A DNA stretch of 64,000 nt, from contig OZ253442.1 in the NCBI GenBank assembly GCA_965261085.1, positions 3,168,001 to 3,232,000 of the forward strand. The letters are read 5' to 3'. Origin of the DNA: a bacterium (lineage in GTDB: Bacteria; UBA8248). Every line of letters starts with the position of its first letter. The first letter of the stretch is position 1. Below are positions 30,060-39,060 of this stretch, in pieces. The notes under the pieces are model-generated. The model was not told where the DNA came from and did not search any database. It saw nothing but the letters and a program-made list of their open reading frames with translations. Made by a program: the position numbers and the translations under genes.

Positions 30060-30955
30060 AGTCCGGTCCGATGAATTTCGGAAGAGCGAGGATTGAGCAC
30101 GTCGTTTAAGCCGTCTCCCAGCAGATTGAGCGTCAAGACCGAAAGAAAGATGCCCAAACCAGGATACACGGCCATCCACCACGCTTGTCGCAGAAAAGGC
30201 TGAGCTTCGTAAAGCATCCGCCCCCAGGTCACCAGGCTGGGGTCTCCCAGACCCAGATAGCTCAAACCCGCTTCCAGCAGCATCGCCTGCGCCGTTAAAA
30301 GAGAGGCATTTACGACTACAACCCCCATGGCGTTCGGCAGAATCTCACGAAAGATAATGGTCGAGCGCCTCGTCCCGATCACATGCGCGGCATCCACGAA
30401 TTGCCGTGTGCGCAGGGTCAGAAATTCCGAGCGAACGATGCGGGCCGTCACCGGCCACGTTAAAATGGAGATGGCGAAGATGATGATCCAGATGCTCGCC
30501 CCGAAGAAGGCGACGATGATCAGGGCAAGGAAGAAGCGCGGAATCACCATGAAAGTCTCGGTGAGCCTCATCAGAATGTCGTCGACCCACCCGCCCAGGT
30601 AACCGGAGATTGTGCCCACGAGAAGGCCTACGACCGTCGTGGCAAAGGCCGCCGAGAAACCGACGAAGATCGAGACCCGCCCGCCCCACAGGATTCGGCT
30701 TAAGACGTCGCGGCCGAGATTGTCGACGCCCATGAGGTTGCGGTAACTATGCCCGCCCAGCCGCGAACCCGAACCCAGGGCGTAAGGATCATAGGGCGCC
30801 AGGACGGGCGCGAATAAAACCAGTAAAACCAGCAACAACAACACGGACGCTGCGATGGGCACCGCGCGATTCTGGCTGAATGCTCCCCAGATGGCCCTCC
30901 ACTGCGGCCCTCTTTTCGAGCTTCGGTGAGCGATTGGCTTTGTTGTTGTCGTCAC
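30056..30955 (-). CDS. Peptide/nickel ABC permease (DppC-like)
   Basis: GVDNLGRD, EILPN, LSYLGLG, LLGDGL. Confidence 0.93.
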   Translation of the reverse strand: MTTTTKPIAHRSSKRGPQWRAIWGAFSQNRAVPIAASVLLLLVLLVLFAPVLAPYDPYALGSGSRLGGHSYRNLMGVDNLGRDVLSRILWGGRVSIFVGFSAAFATTVVGLLVGTISGYLGGWVDDILMRLTETFMVIPRFFLALIIVAFFGASIWIIIFAISILTWPVTARIVRSEFLTLRTRQFVDAAHVIGTRRSTIIFREILPNAMGVVVVNASLLTAQAMLLEAGLSYLGLGDPSLVTWGRMLYEAQPFLRQAWWMAVYPGLGIFLSVLTLNLLGDGLNDVLNPRSSEIHRTGL

Positions 30956-30967
30956 GGTTCCAGATTC

Positions 30968-31951
30968 CTATCCATAAGCCACACGCGGGTCAATCATGGC
31001 GTAGAGAATGTCCGTGATGAGGTTTGCAAGCACTATCATCATCGAGACGACGAGGAAGATTCCCAGAATCATCGGATAGTCCCGCGCGGTAATCGATTCG
31101 AAAATCAGCCTGCCCATGCCCGGCCACCCGAACACGGTCTCGGTGAACACCGAGCCCGCCATGACGTATGCGAAATTGATGCCGATCACGGTAACCACCG
31201 GGAGCAGCGCATTGCGCAGGGCATGCCGGTAGAGCACGCGGCGTTCGTTCAACCCCTTGGATTTCGCGGTCAGGATGAAGTCCTGCGCAAGTGTTTCCTG
31301 CATCTTGCCCCGTGTGATTCGGAATACGAGGGTCATATGATAAGTGGCGTAGGTAATGGCGGGAAGGATCAAGTGCTTCAAGACGTCAAGAACCGCAGGC
31401 CAGCCGGGCTCCACCCCGCGCATCGAATACATGCCCTGGCTCGGCAGCCAGTCCAGGTAAAGAGCGAAGAAAAGTATGAGAAGTTGACCCAGCCAGAAAA
31501 TGGGCATCGAATAGCCGGCGAGCGAAGCCAGGGTCGCCAGGTGGTCACCCACCGAATAGGAGTAACGCGATGCAATAACGCCCAGTATGACTCCCATGAC
31601 GCTGGCTATGGAGAAGGCCGTCGCCATGAGGAGCATGGTGGCCGGCAGGCGATCCAGAATAACGCCGAGTACGGGGGAGTTGTGCCAGGTGGAATAGCCC
31701 AAATCCAGATGAAGAAGCTTCCACAAATAAATTCCCATCTGGACGTGAAGAGGCTTGTCCAGGCCGAACTCAATGCGCAGTTCCTCGTATGCCTCCGGGG
31801 TGGCTTCGGTGACGCTGGCCAGGTAAATGGCCGGATCTCCCGGAGCGAGATGGATGATGGTGAAGTTGATGATGACGACCCAGAAGACAAGAGGGACAGC
31901 TTGAAGGATACGCCTTACGGTGTAACGCAGAAGCGGATGTCCACCTGCCAT
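30968..31951 (-). CDS. Peptide/nickel ABC permease (DppB-like)
   Basis: APGDP, TAKSKGL, HALRNA, ETVFGWPGMG, DPR. Confidence 0.93.
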   Translation of the reverse strand: MAGGHPLLRYTVRRILQAVPLVFWVVIINFTIIHLAPGDPAIYLASVTEATPEAYEELRIEFGLDKPLHVQMGIYLWKLLHLDLGYSTWHNSPVLGVILDRLPATMLLMATAFSIASVMGVILGVIASRYSYSVGDHLATLASLAGYSMPIFWLGQLLILFFALYLDWLPSQGMYSMRGVEPGWPAVLDVLKHLILPAITYATYHMTLVFRITRGKMQETLAQDFILTAKSKGLNERRVLYRHALRNALLPVVTVIGINFAYVMAGSVFTETVFGWPGMGRLIFESITARDYPMILGIFLVVSMMIVLANLITDILYAMIDPRVAYG

Positions 31952-31986
31952 GGATTGCCCCTCAGTGAGACGTCAAGAGACCTATA

Positions 31987-32010
31987 GGGCCCCGCCCGGA
32001 GACGGGGCCC
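31987..32010 (-). terminator. GC-rich hairpin after the binding-protein gene
   Basis: GGGCCCCG...CGGGGCCC 8-bp stem; no U-tract. Confidence 0.4.
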
Positions 32011-32036
32011 CTGCAACAGAAATTCAAATTCTAGGC

Positions 32037-33653
32037 CTACTTAAGGTAAGCGTCCTCCCGCGTACAATAAGCGCAGTAGGGACGCGTGACCACATCCGCC
32101 CATTTTGCTGAATGCGTGTGGACGAACGGCGTCTCGAACAGCGGGATCACGGGCGCGTCGGCCGCGACCATATCGGCGATCTGACGCCAAGCGGCGCCCC
32201 GCTTCTTTACGTCCTGGATCTGCCATTCGGCGTCAAGAAGACTCTGAACGCCGACGTTGATGTAGGATGGTGCATTGTTGAAGTTCGCCGAGCCGATGTT
32301 GTTTCTGTCATAGACCCGGGTCACGCTGATCTTGGGGTCCGGACCGGTGGTGAAGAACTGCATCATGATGTCGAAGTTGTGGTTGATGTACACCTTCTGC
32401 AGTGTCGCCGCCCGGTCGAAGGATTCGATCTTGATGTCGATGCCGACCTTCTTGAGTTGTTGCTTGATCACCTCGGCCGCCAATCCCTCAAAGTTGCGGC
32501 CACGAGCCCAGGTTAGCGTGAGGCCGAAGCGTTTGCCTCCTTTCATCGGGTAGCCCGCCTCATCGAGCAGCCTGTTCGCCATGGCCACGTCATGCTTGTA
32601 CTGATCAAAGCTGCCCTTGTGCGCCCACCTCATGGCAGAGTGCATGATGCCGTTCGCCACTTTCGCGGTGCCCCCGGAAGCCAGTTGGCTGATCTGGTTC
32701 TTATCCAGCGCATACGCAATCGCCTGGCGAACCTTCACGTTTCCGGTAATCGGCCGCCGGAGGTTCAAGAGCATGAAGTCGACCTGTCCTGTCGCCTCTC
32801 CCCCTTTATCTAGGACGACGAGTTTCGGGTTCTTCCTGAGACGGTCGGCCTGATCCCAGGGGACGAGGGCTGCGCGCAGATAGTCGATCTCCCCTTTCTC
32901 CAGGGCAATGAGCCGGGTGTTGGCGTCCGAGATGAACCGGATAACCAATTCATCCGCGTAGGGCTTGGGCGCGTTCCAGTAATTCGGGTTCCGCACGAGC
33001 CTGACGTGGCTTCCCTTCTTGTATTCCTTGAGCATGAAGGGCCCCGTTCCTACGGGTTTCTTGCTCCACGGAGCGTTCAGGAACGCCTTGCGGCTGCCCA
33101 CATGATCCTTCCAGAGATGCTTGGGGTAGATGGCGGGTCCACCGAAGATCACGCCCATAACCGTGAGCAACGGGGCGAAAGGCTTCTTGAGGCGCACGAC
33201 GACGGTGTACTTGTCCGGCGCTTCCACCTTCTCCGCCACCGGCTTCCAGAAAACGCGCGACCGGGGATTGTACGGGAGGCACTTCTCCAGCGAGAACTTG
33301 ACGTCCTCGCTCGTCATCTCCTTGCCGTCATGGAACTTCACGCCCTTTCGGAGGTGGAAAATGAGCGTTTTCCCTCCGTCTTTGACCTCCCAGGACTTCG
33401 CCAATTCCGGCTTCGGATTGAGATTGAAGTCGAGGGTGATCAGCTTGTTGTAGATGTTGACGGCCGGCACCTGGACCGTGGTGCCCGGTTTGACGATCAG
33501 GTTGAAGTGCCCCGGGTCGGCTTCCAGGCCGATAACCAGCGTGCCTCCCCGCTTCTGTGCCCATGCGACCCCTTGAACCTGGCCGAGGGCAAGCAACGCC
33601 GCGAGAACAAAGAAAATAGCGACGCTTCCAAATCGGATCTTATTCCGTTCCAT
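32037..33653 (-). CDS. Family 5 ABC substrate-binding protein (DppA/NikA-like) with C-terminal CxxC
   Basis: Signal peptide from MERNK, PELAKSW, LRKGVKFHDG, GTGPF, ends RPYCAYCTREDAYLK. Confidence 0.92.
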   Translation of the reverse strand: MERNKIRFGSVAIFFVLAALLALGQVQGVAWAQKRGGTLVIGLEADPGHFNLIVKPGTTVQVPAVNIYNKLITLDFNLNPKPELAKSWEVKDGGKTLIFHLRKGVKFHDGKEMTSEDVKFSLEKCLPYNPRSRVFWKPVAEKVEAPDKYTVVVRLKKPFAPLLTVMGVIFGGPAIYPKHLWKDHVGSRKAFLNAPWSKKPVGTGPFMLKEYKKGSHVRLVRNPNYWNAPKPYADELVIRFISDANTRLIALEKGEIDYLRAALVPWDQADRLRKNPKLVVLDKGGEATGQVDFMLLNLRRPITGNVKVRQAIAYALDKNQISQLASGGTAKVANGIMHSAMRWAHKGSFDQYKHDVAMANRLLDEAGYPMKGGKRFGLTLTWARGRNFEGLAAEVIKQQLKKVGIDIKIESFDRAATLQKVYINHNFDIMMQFFTTGPDPKISVTRVYDRNNIGSANFNNAPSYINVGVQSLLDAEWQIQDVKKRGAAWRQIADMVAADAPVIPLFETPFVHTHSAKWADVVTRPYCAYCTREDAYLK

Positions 33654-33823
33654 TGCTCTTCCCTCCAAAATGATGGATTGACACCAACACCCCTGTATGG
33701 AACGGGATGTTGCGCCGCAATGTCCTATCACCCCCGGCATTGAACCCCCGCCATTCGGCAAGGGCTCAATTATCGGGTCCGATAGGGTGTTGACTCCGTT
33801 CCTCTCCCGAGTCCGACTCACGT

Positions 33824-34879
33824 TCAGTCGGTGAAAGAAAATTCAATCTTGCGCGTAACGCTATGCGTGGTTCCGAATGTCGGGATGACGAGGCTATGCT
33901 TCCCGAGACCTCCTGCGACGAACAGGCAGATGCTCTCCTCATCGTCGACGACGGGAATGCTCTCCAGGTCTTCTCTGGCGAAGAGTTCGCCTCGGCGCCC
34001 CCGCGCCCGTTCGAGGTTCGCCGGCGCAAAGAAAGACGTTGGCACCCTGCCCCTCTCATAAAGGAAAGCCCGGATTCGCGGTGGATCCCAGCCGTCGCGA
34101 ACAAACATGTCGACGTGTTCGGGGCCGAGAATGACCACCATCTCCCCGCCGAAAAGCGCGTTGTTGCTCCCCGCCTGCATCATCGACGAGGCGATGGATT
34201 GAAGCACTCCCTCGCCCTCCGTGCTGCTCGCGTCGTTGACCATAATATGCGGGTCGATGGCGATAACCGTCACGGCGCTGTCCGAACGCTCGAGGCCGCG
34301 CTCGACGTGGAGCGGCGGCCACGGGCTCGCCTCTTCGTTTTCGCCGATACAGCTTGAAAACTTGCCCTGGTGGCCGAAGGTGCTGCGATCGGTGTCGCCC
34401 GGTATGGCGCCCCCGATGTTTTGCAGGATGAACCGGAATGCCCTGCCGATGGTGGCGTTGGCCCGCCAACCCTGGCCGAAGAGGTTTTCCTTGCAATTGA
34501 TTCCCAGCGCGTGGCGAGCGGGCCCGTGGACAACGATGAGCTGCGCGATACAGTTCGTGGTCCCCTGAACTCCCGGGAGGTTGTAAATGGGGTCAAAGAT
34601 GGCATTGACGGCGGTAATGAGGATAGGCATGTACTCGGGCTTACAGCCCGCCATGGCGGCGTTGATGGCGATCTTCTCGATCGTGGCGTCGCCGAAGAGG
34701 TGGGGGATGCGTCCATGGGACTCCGGGGGTGGCCGCCCCGAAGCCTCCACCATGTTTGCCACCAGCTCTTCGGTGGGCGGGATGACGGGCATTCCATCTC
34801 CCCAGCCCTGTTGCATTATGTATTCAAGCAGTTCCAGGGGGGAGTCCGCCACCTCGTGGCGCTTGGAGGTCAGTTTCAT
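33824..34879 (-). CDS. Uncharacterised UGSC-associated 'DGLP' family protein (copy 1)
   Basis: DGMPVIPPT, NAAMAGCKP, NATIGRA, TFGHQGKF, ENEEASPW, GGLGKHS; start overlaps the upstream stop (ATGA). Confidence 0.87.
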   Translation of the reverse strand: MKLTSKRHEVADSPLELLEYIMQQGWGDGMPVIPPTEELVANMVEASGRPPPESHGRIPHLFGDATIEKIAINAAMAGCKPEYMPILITAVNAIFDPIYNLPGVQGTTNCIAQLIVVHGPARHALGINCKENLFGQGWRANATIGRAFRFILQNIGGAIPGDTDRSTFGHQGKFSSCIGENEEASPWPPLHVERGLERSDSAVTVIAIDPHIMVNDASSTEGEGVLQSIASSMMQAGSNNALFGGEMVVILGPEHVDMFVRDGWDPPRIRAFLYERGRVPTSFFAPANLERARGRRGELFAREDLESIPVVDDEESICLFVAGGLGKHSLVIPTFGTTHSVTRKIEFSFTD

Positions 34880-35433
34880 TCTTTGTCTTCCGGAGGTGGC
34901 GTCACTGTAAGAGACTTCGCGACGCTTTCCAGTATCTGGTCCGCGTGGGTATGCACCGTATCGATCGGGATTCCAGTGATGGGGTGGGGGATCGAGACCA
35001 TGGGGAGGTCCGCAAAACCCAAGGCCCCCGCCTTCTTGCGACCAAAGGCCTCGAACATATCCGTGATGATGGTGAGAGTGGGTATCCCGCGCTGTTCCAG
35101 CTTAATCGCGTCGTGGATACTCCACGGCGTGCAAGACCCTCAGTCGGGCACCGCGTTCACCACGAAGTCGCACTCACTGGCCATCCGTTCGACCAGATCC
35201 TCCTCCAGGGGGAGCGCGCTGCCTCCCTTGCGGTAGTGAGTGAACGAGCCGATAGGAAATTTCCCGCGCAACCGCTCCTCCAACCGGCGGAGCAGCTTGT
35301 CGGAGTTGGGTTTCGTGTTGTCGAGAAGCCCGAGGCGAATTCCCTCAAGCAAGGCGGGCCGGGCGGCCGGCCGCACCTTTTCAATCAAAGGGGGTATTCC
35401 CGAGGGATCGAGGATCACCAAAGTCTTCCCCAA
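34876..35433 (-). CDS. Probable UGSC-family selenoprotein (185 aa, Sec98)
   Basis: ORFs 35140..35433 and 34876..35058 are in one frame and separated only by TGA 35140-35142; read-through gives [27 protein letters not shown]...IPHPITG; SECIS-like hairpin; TTG start after GGAGGAG. Confidence 0.9.
35110..35128 (-). promoter_or_regulatory. Bacterial SECIS-like hairpin
   Basis: GCCGUGGA-GUA-UCCACGAC (7 of 8 pairs) after an 11-nt spacer from the UGA; loop starts GU. Confidence 0.72.
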
Positions 35434-35499
35434 AAAAGACTCCTCCCCAACAAATACGTGGATTCGCGCTCAACTTGGTTTGCACTTATTAAAGCAAGA

Positions 35500-35560
35500 T
35501 CCGATATTGATATGATGTTTTAAGATAAATCATCCTGTCATATATCATGGATTGTGTCAA
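35500..35560 (-). promoter_or_regulatory. Putative promoter/operator region of the UGSC operon
   Basis: TTGACA at 35555-35560, weak TGn-CAGGAT -10 at 17 nt, and GntR-like TGATATATGA / ATCATATCA elements in an AT-rich gap. Confidence 0.45.
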
Positions 35561-35780
35561 CAAACCCTTGATTTGCCCCTGCGCCAAAGGGTTCGACAGA
35601 ATCGGCATTCAATATGGGCAGCTAACTGATCTCACGCCCGTTCAGAAATTCCCGCACGGCTGAATGAGCCGAACCGCTCCGCCGCCATACATGCCCGCGC
35701 CCGGCATCCACCCACCGCAAATGCGGATTTAACCCATCCAGGAAAGGAGTGATTTTGAAGGCCGCGCTCTTTTGAAGTCT

Positions 35781-37085
35781 TTACAACTCGATCACGTCCA
35801 TCGCGTCGGGAGTGAGAATCCGGGGGCCGCTCTCCTCGACTATCACCTGGGGGCCGAAGACGATGAACATCCTGTCCTCGTGCGCGGCCTTTACCTCCAC
35901 AGCCAAGGCCATGCCCGCCTCGACCTCGAAATCCTCCAGAAAACCGTAGCGATCGCCCGCTAGTTCGCGCCATTCGGGGTTCTCGGCGAGGCTCCCCTCA
36001 ACGTACGGCTCGCGCCACGAAGAATCTCTTGGAATATCACCCGCGCATATCGTCGTCATGGGCGGCTCGATGCCGTCGATTCCCACGCCGTGCACCTGGG
36101 GGATTTCGTGGTAATACCCGCTTCTGAGCACCGCCTCGTTCGATGCCCTGTCCACCTCGGACCATGGCGTCCCGGGCTTCAAGGCGCCCAGCGCGGCGCT
36201 TAAGCTCTCCAGCACCGCCTCGCGCAGGGGCTTGTATTCCTCATCCATCGGGCCAATCGACATCGACGTGTGCGGGTGGCTCCAGTAGCCCCCGTAGCGC
36301 GCGTAATAGCCGATGCACAGCATGTCGCCCGTGCGCAGAATCCTGTCCGTGGGTCTTCTGTTCACCGGATATCCCTTGCCCGAGCAGAGGATGAGCCAGC
36401 TATCGCGGCCCGGCTCCGCCCCCGCGCGCAGGCTCGCGCTGAAAAGCTGCGCGTACACCTCGCTCTCCCGCACGCCCGGGCGGCAGCAGCCGAGCACGGC
36501 GTCTATCTCGATGTTCACCATCTCGGCCGCTTTTTCCAGCATCGCGACTTCCTCGGCGCTCTTCACCATGCGGAGGCGCGTCAAGATGTCCGAAGCGTCG
36601 GCGAACGCCGCGTTCGGCAGGAGGCGCTTCAGGTTTTGGTACGTCATGTAGGGAATCGCGCCCTCGGCGCCGTATCCCCCGCCGATCAGGCCGACGATTC
36701 CGATTCTCCCGCTCTCATACCCCAGTTCCTTGATGGCGTCGGTGGCCACGATGCTCACCTTCCCCTCGTGCCCCCGGTAGCGCACCCCCTCGAAACACGA
36801 TTCGGTGTACCACTTGCCCCAGTTCTGCAGGAGCCAGAAGGTGACGGGCGCTCCTTTCCGGGGAAACACCATGCTGCGCTCCCCGTAATCACCCCCGTCG
36901 AGCCAGCGGGTGTCGCCGTTTCCGTTCGAGCCGCGTCCGATGACGATGAGGCAATCGAGCCCGCGCTCATCCATGGCGGCGCGAACCGCGTTCCACCGCC
37001 TGTCGCGCTCTTCAGCAGAAAACGAAGCCGCAGCGTCGCCCGCGCGGCCGTCTTTCGGGAAAAACCTGGGATCCGTTACCATCAT
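35781..37085 (-). CDS. M24 (Xaa-Pro peptidase/creatinase-fold) protein
   Basis: FSAEERDRRW N-domain, RMVKSAEE, RPGVRESE, HGVG, GMALAVE. Confidence 0.85.
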   Translation of the reverse strand: MMVTDPRFFPKDGRAGDAAASFSAEERDRRWNAVRAAMDERGLDCLIVIGRGSNGNGDTRWLDGGDYGERSMVFPRKGAPVTFWLLQNWGKWYTESCFEGVRYRGHEGKVSIVATDAIKELGYESGRIGIVGLIGGGYGAEGAIPYMTYQNLKRLLPNAAFADASDILTRLRMVKSAEEVAMLEKAAEMVNIEIDAVLGCCRPGVRESEVYAQLFSASLRAGAEPGRDSWLILCSGKGYPVNRRPTDRILRTGDMLCIGYYARYGGYWSHPHTSMSIGPMDEEYKPLREAVLESLSAALGALKPGTPWSEVDRASNEAVLRSGYYHEIPQVHGVGIDGIEPPMTTICAGDIPRDSSWREPYVEGSLAENPEWRELAGDRYGFLEDFEVEAGMALAVEVKAAHEDRMFIVFGPQVIVEESGPRILTPDAMDVIEL

Positions 37086-37201
37086 CTTCTCCTGAAATTT
37101 TCGGGGCGAATCTCCTCCGCGCGACTGGACGCCGACGCGCGGAATCATTTAGCCTCAGTTGTCATTTACCCTCACTATAATGGATGCGCAGGCGCCTGAA
37201 A

Positions 37202-38335
37202 ATGATGGATACGGAATTCGCTTGTATCGACTGCGGGGAGAAATACCCCGCGAACCTCCCCCGCTGGCGGTGCGGCTGCGGCGGACCTTTGGAAGTGGAG
37301 CCGAGCGGCATATTCACGCGCGAGTCCCTCGCAAAACGCCCCGCCACCCTTTGGCGCTACCGGGAGGCGATTCCCATCGAAGCGGATGAGAACATCGTCA
37401 GCATGAACGAGGGCATGACGCCGCTCGTCCCCCTCGATTTTTGGGGGATGGAAATTCTCTGCAAGCTCGATTTCCTTTTTCCCACGGGCTCTTTCAAGGA
37501 TCGGGGCGCCACCGTACTGATGAGCAAGATGAAGGAGTGGGGACTCAAGCAAGTGCTCATGGATTCTTCGGGCAACGCCGCCGCCGCCATCGCCGCCTAC
37601 GCCGCCCGCGCAGGCATCGAATGCGATGTCTACGCGCCCGCTTCCACCTCAGCGGCCAAGTGCGCGCAAATCACCGCCTATGGCGCGAATCTTCACAAAA
37701 TACCCGGCCCCCGGGCCGCCTCCACAGACGCCGCCATGAAAGCGGCGAAAGAGCGCTTCTACGCCTCTCATTTCTGGAACCCCTGGTTCAACCACGGAAC
37801 CAAGACCTGGGCGTTCGAGGTATGGGAGCAGCTTGGATTCCGTGCGCCCGACGCCGTGGTCGCCCCCGCCGGACACGGTTCGGCCCTCATCGGCGCGTAC
37901 CTGGGCTTTTCGGAACTCCTCCGGGCGGGCTATATCGATAAACTCCCCAAAATCTTCGCGGCCCAGGCGGCCAATTGCGCGCCGATGGTGCGGATGTGGG
38001 AGGAAAACCTCAAAACCGTCCCCGAAGTCACTCCTCAAGATACGCTCGCGGAGGGCATATCCATCTCTACGCCCGTGCGCTGGAAGCAGATGCTTGAAGC
38101 TATCCGCGAGAGCGGGGGTTGTTTCATCGCTGTCGACGATGCAATGCTCCCTCCCCTCCTCCGGGAGTTCGGCGGAAAAGGAATCCTGATGGAGCCTACG
38201 AGCGCCGTCGCCTTCGCGGCGCTCGCTCTTTTGAAGGAGCAGGGAAAGGTCAAGCCGTCTGAAATCGTGGTCGTTCCGGTGACGGGCCACGGCCTCAAGG
38301 CCGCCGATAAACTCGAAAAGATAATGAGCGCCTGA
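37202..38335 (+). CDS. Threonine synthase-like PLP enzyme
   Basis: N-terminal CxxC/CxC, EGMTPL, PTGSFKDRG, DSSGNA, EPTSA, TGHGLK. Confidence 0.88.
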   Translation: MMDTEFACIDCGEKYPANLPRWRCGCGGPLEVEPSGIFTRESLAKRPATLWRYREAIPIEADENIVSMNEGMTPLVPLDFWGMEILCKLDFLFPTGSFKDRGATVLMSKMKEWGLKQVLMDSSGNAAAAIAAYAARAGIECDVYAPASTSAAKCAQITAYGANLHKIPGPRAASTDAAMKAAKERFYASHFWNPWFNHGTKTWAFEVWEQLGFRAPDAVVAPAGHGSALIGAYLGFSELLRAGYIDKLPKIFAAQAANCAPMVRMWEENLKTVPEVTPQDTLAEGISISTPVRWKQMLEAIRESGGCFIAVDDAMLPPLLREFGGKGILMEPTSAVAFAALALLKEQGKVKPSEIVVVPVTGHGLKAADKLEKIMSA

Positions 38336-39060
38336 TGGATTTTCGCCTCACGGAAAAGACCAGGGGAGCCTATTTTCGCCAGGGCATGAAACATTGCGTC
38401 CAGGCGCCCGGAATCGGGCTTTTCGCCGCCATGTCGGGCTTCGGCGCCCTCGCCAAGGAGAGCGGCGTGTCGCTCCTGATCGCGCTGGGCATGACGGGCG
38501 GCCTCTGGAGCACGCCGGGCCAGGTGGCCTTCGCGGAGCTGTTCGCCACAGGCATCGGAGGAGTCGCCCTCATCGCCTCGGTCACCATCGCCAACGTGAG
38601 AATGTTCCCCTTGACCATCGCCACCATGCCGCTCTTGAGATCGCGGCCGGGTCTGCAGCCCGTGCAATTCTGGATAGCACACATCAACTCGGTCACCTCC
38701 TTCGTCCAGGTCGTCGAGATGAGCCACCACGTCTCGGACAGGAGCCTGCGCACCGCCTATTTCTTCGGCTTCACGACGGCCACGATGTCCCTCGGGCTTC
38801 TCGGCACCACGTTCGGCTACACGGTGGCCAATCAATTGCCCGGCGTGGTGGGCCAGTCGCTGGTGTTCATCACCCCTTTGTATATGCTGCTGCTGGCGGC
38901 CCAGAGCAGCCAGCGCTCGGTTCTGATGTCGGTGGTCCTGGGCTGCGTCCTCGTGCCCCTGGGGCACCTCGTCTCCACCAACTGGGGGCTGCTCACGGGC
39001 GGCGTCCTGGCCGGAACGCTCGCGTACGCAATCGAAAGAGCGAGGAAGCGCCATGCCTGA
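38335..39060 (+). CDS. AzlC family permease
   Basis: GFGALA, PGQV, NVRM, multi-TM; paired with AzlD. Confidence 0.75.
   Translation: MDFRLTEKTRGAYFRQGMKHCVQAPGIGLFAAMSGFGALAKESGVSLLIALGMTGGLWSTPGQVAFAELFATGIGGVALIASVTIANVRMFPLTIATMPLLRSRPGLQPVQFWIAHINSVTSFVQVVEMSHHVSDRSLRTAYFFGFTTATMSLGLLGTTFGYTVANQLPGVVGQSLVFITPLYMLLLAAQSSQRSVLMSVVLGCVLVPLGHLVSTNWGLLTGGVLAGTLAYAIERARKRHA

Noticed and set aside
24820-35142. Reading the two TGA-split genes as pseudogenes or as a UGA=Trp/Gly genetic code
   Set aside because: Both TGAs occupy the same UxxC position with SECIS-like hairpins, and many other genes here end normally at TGA
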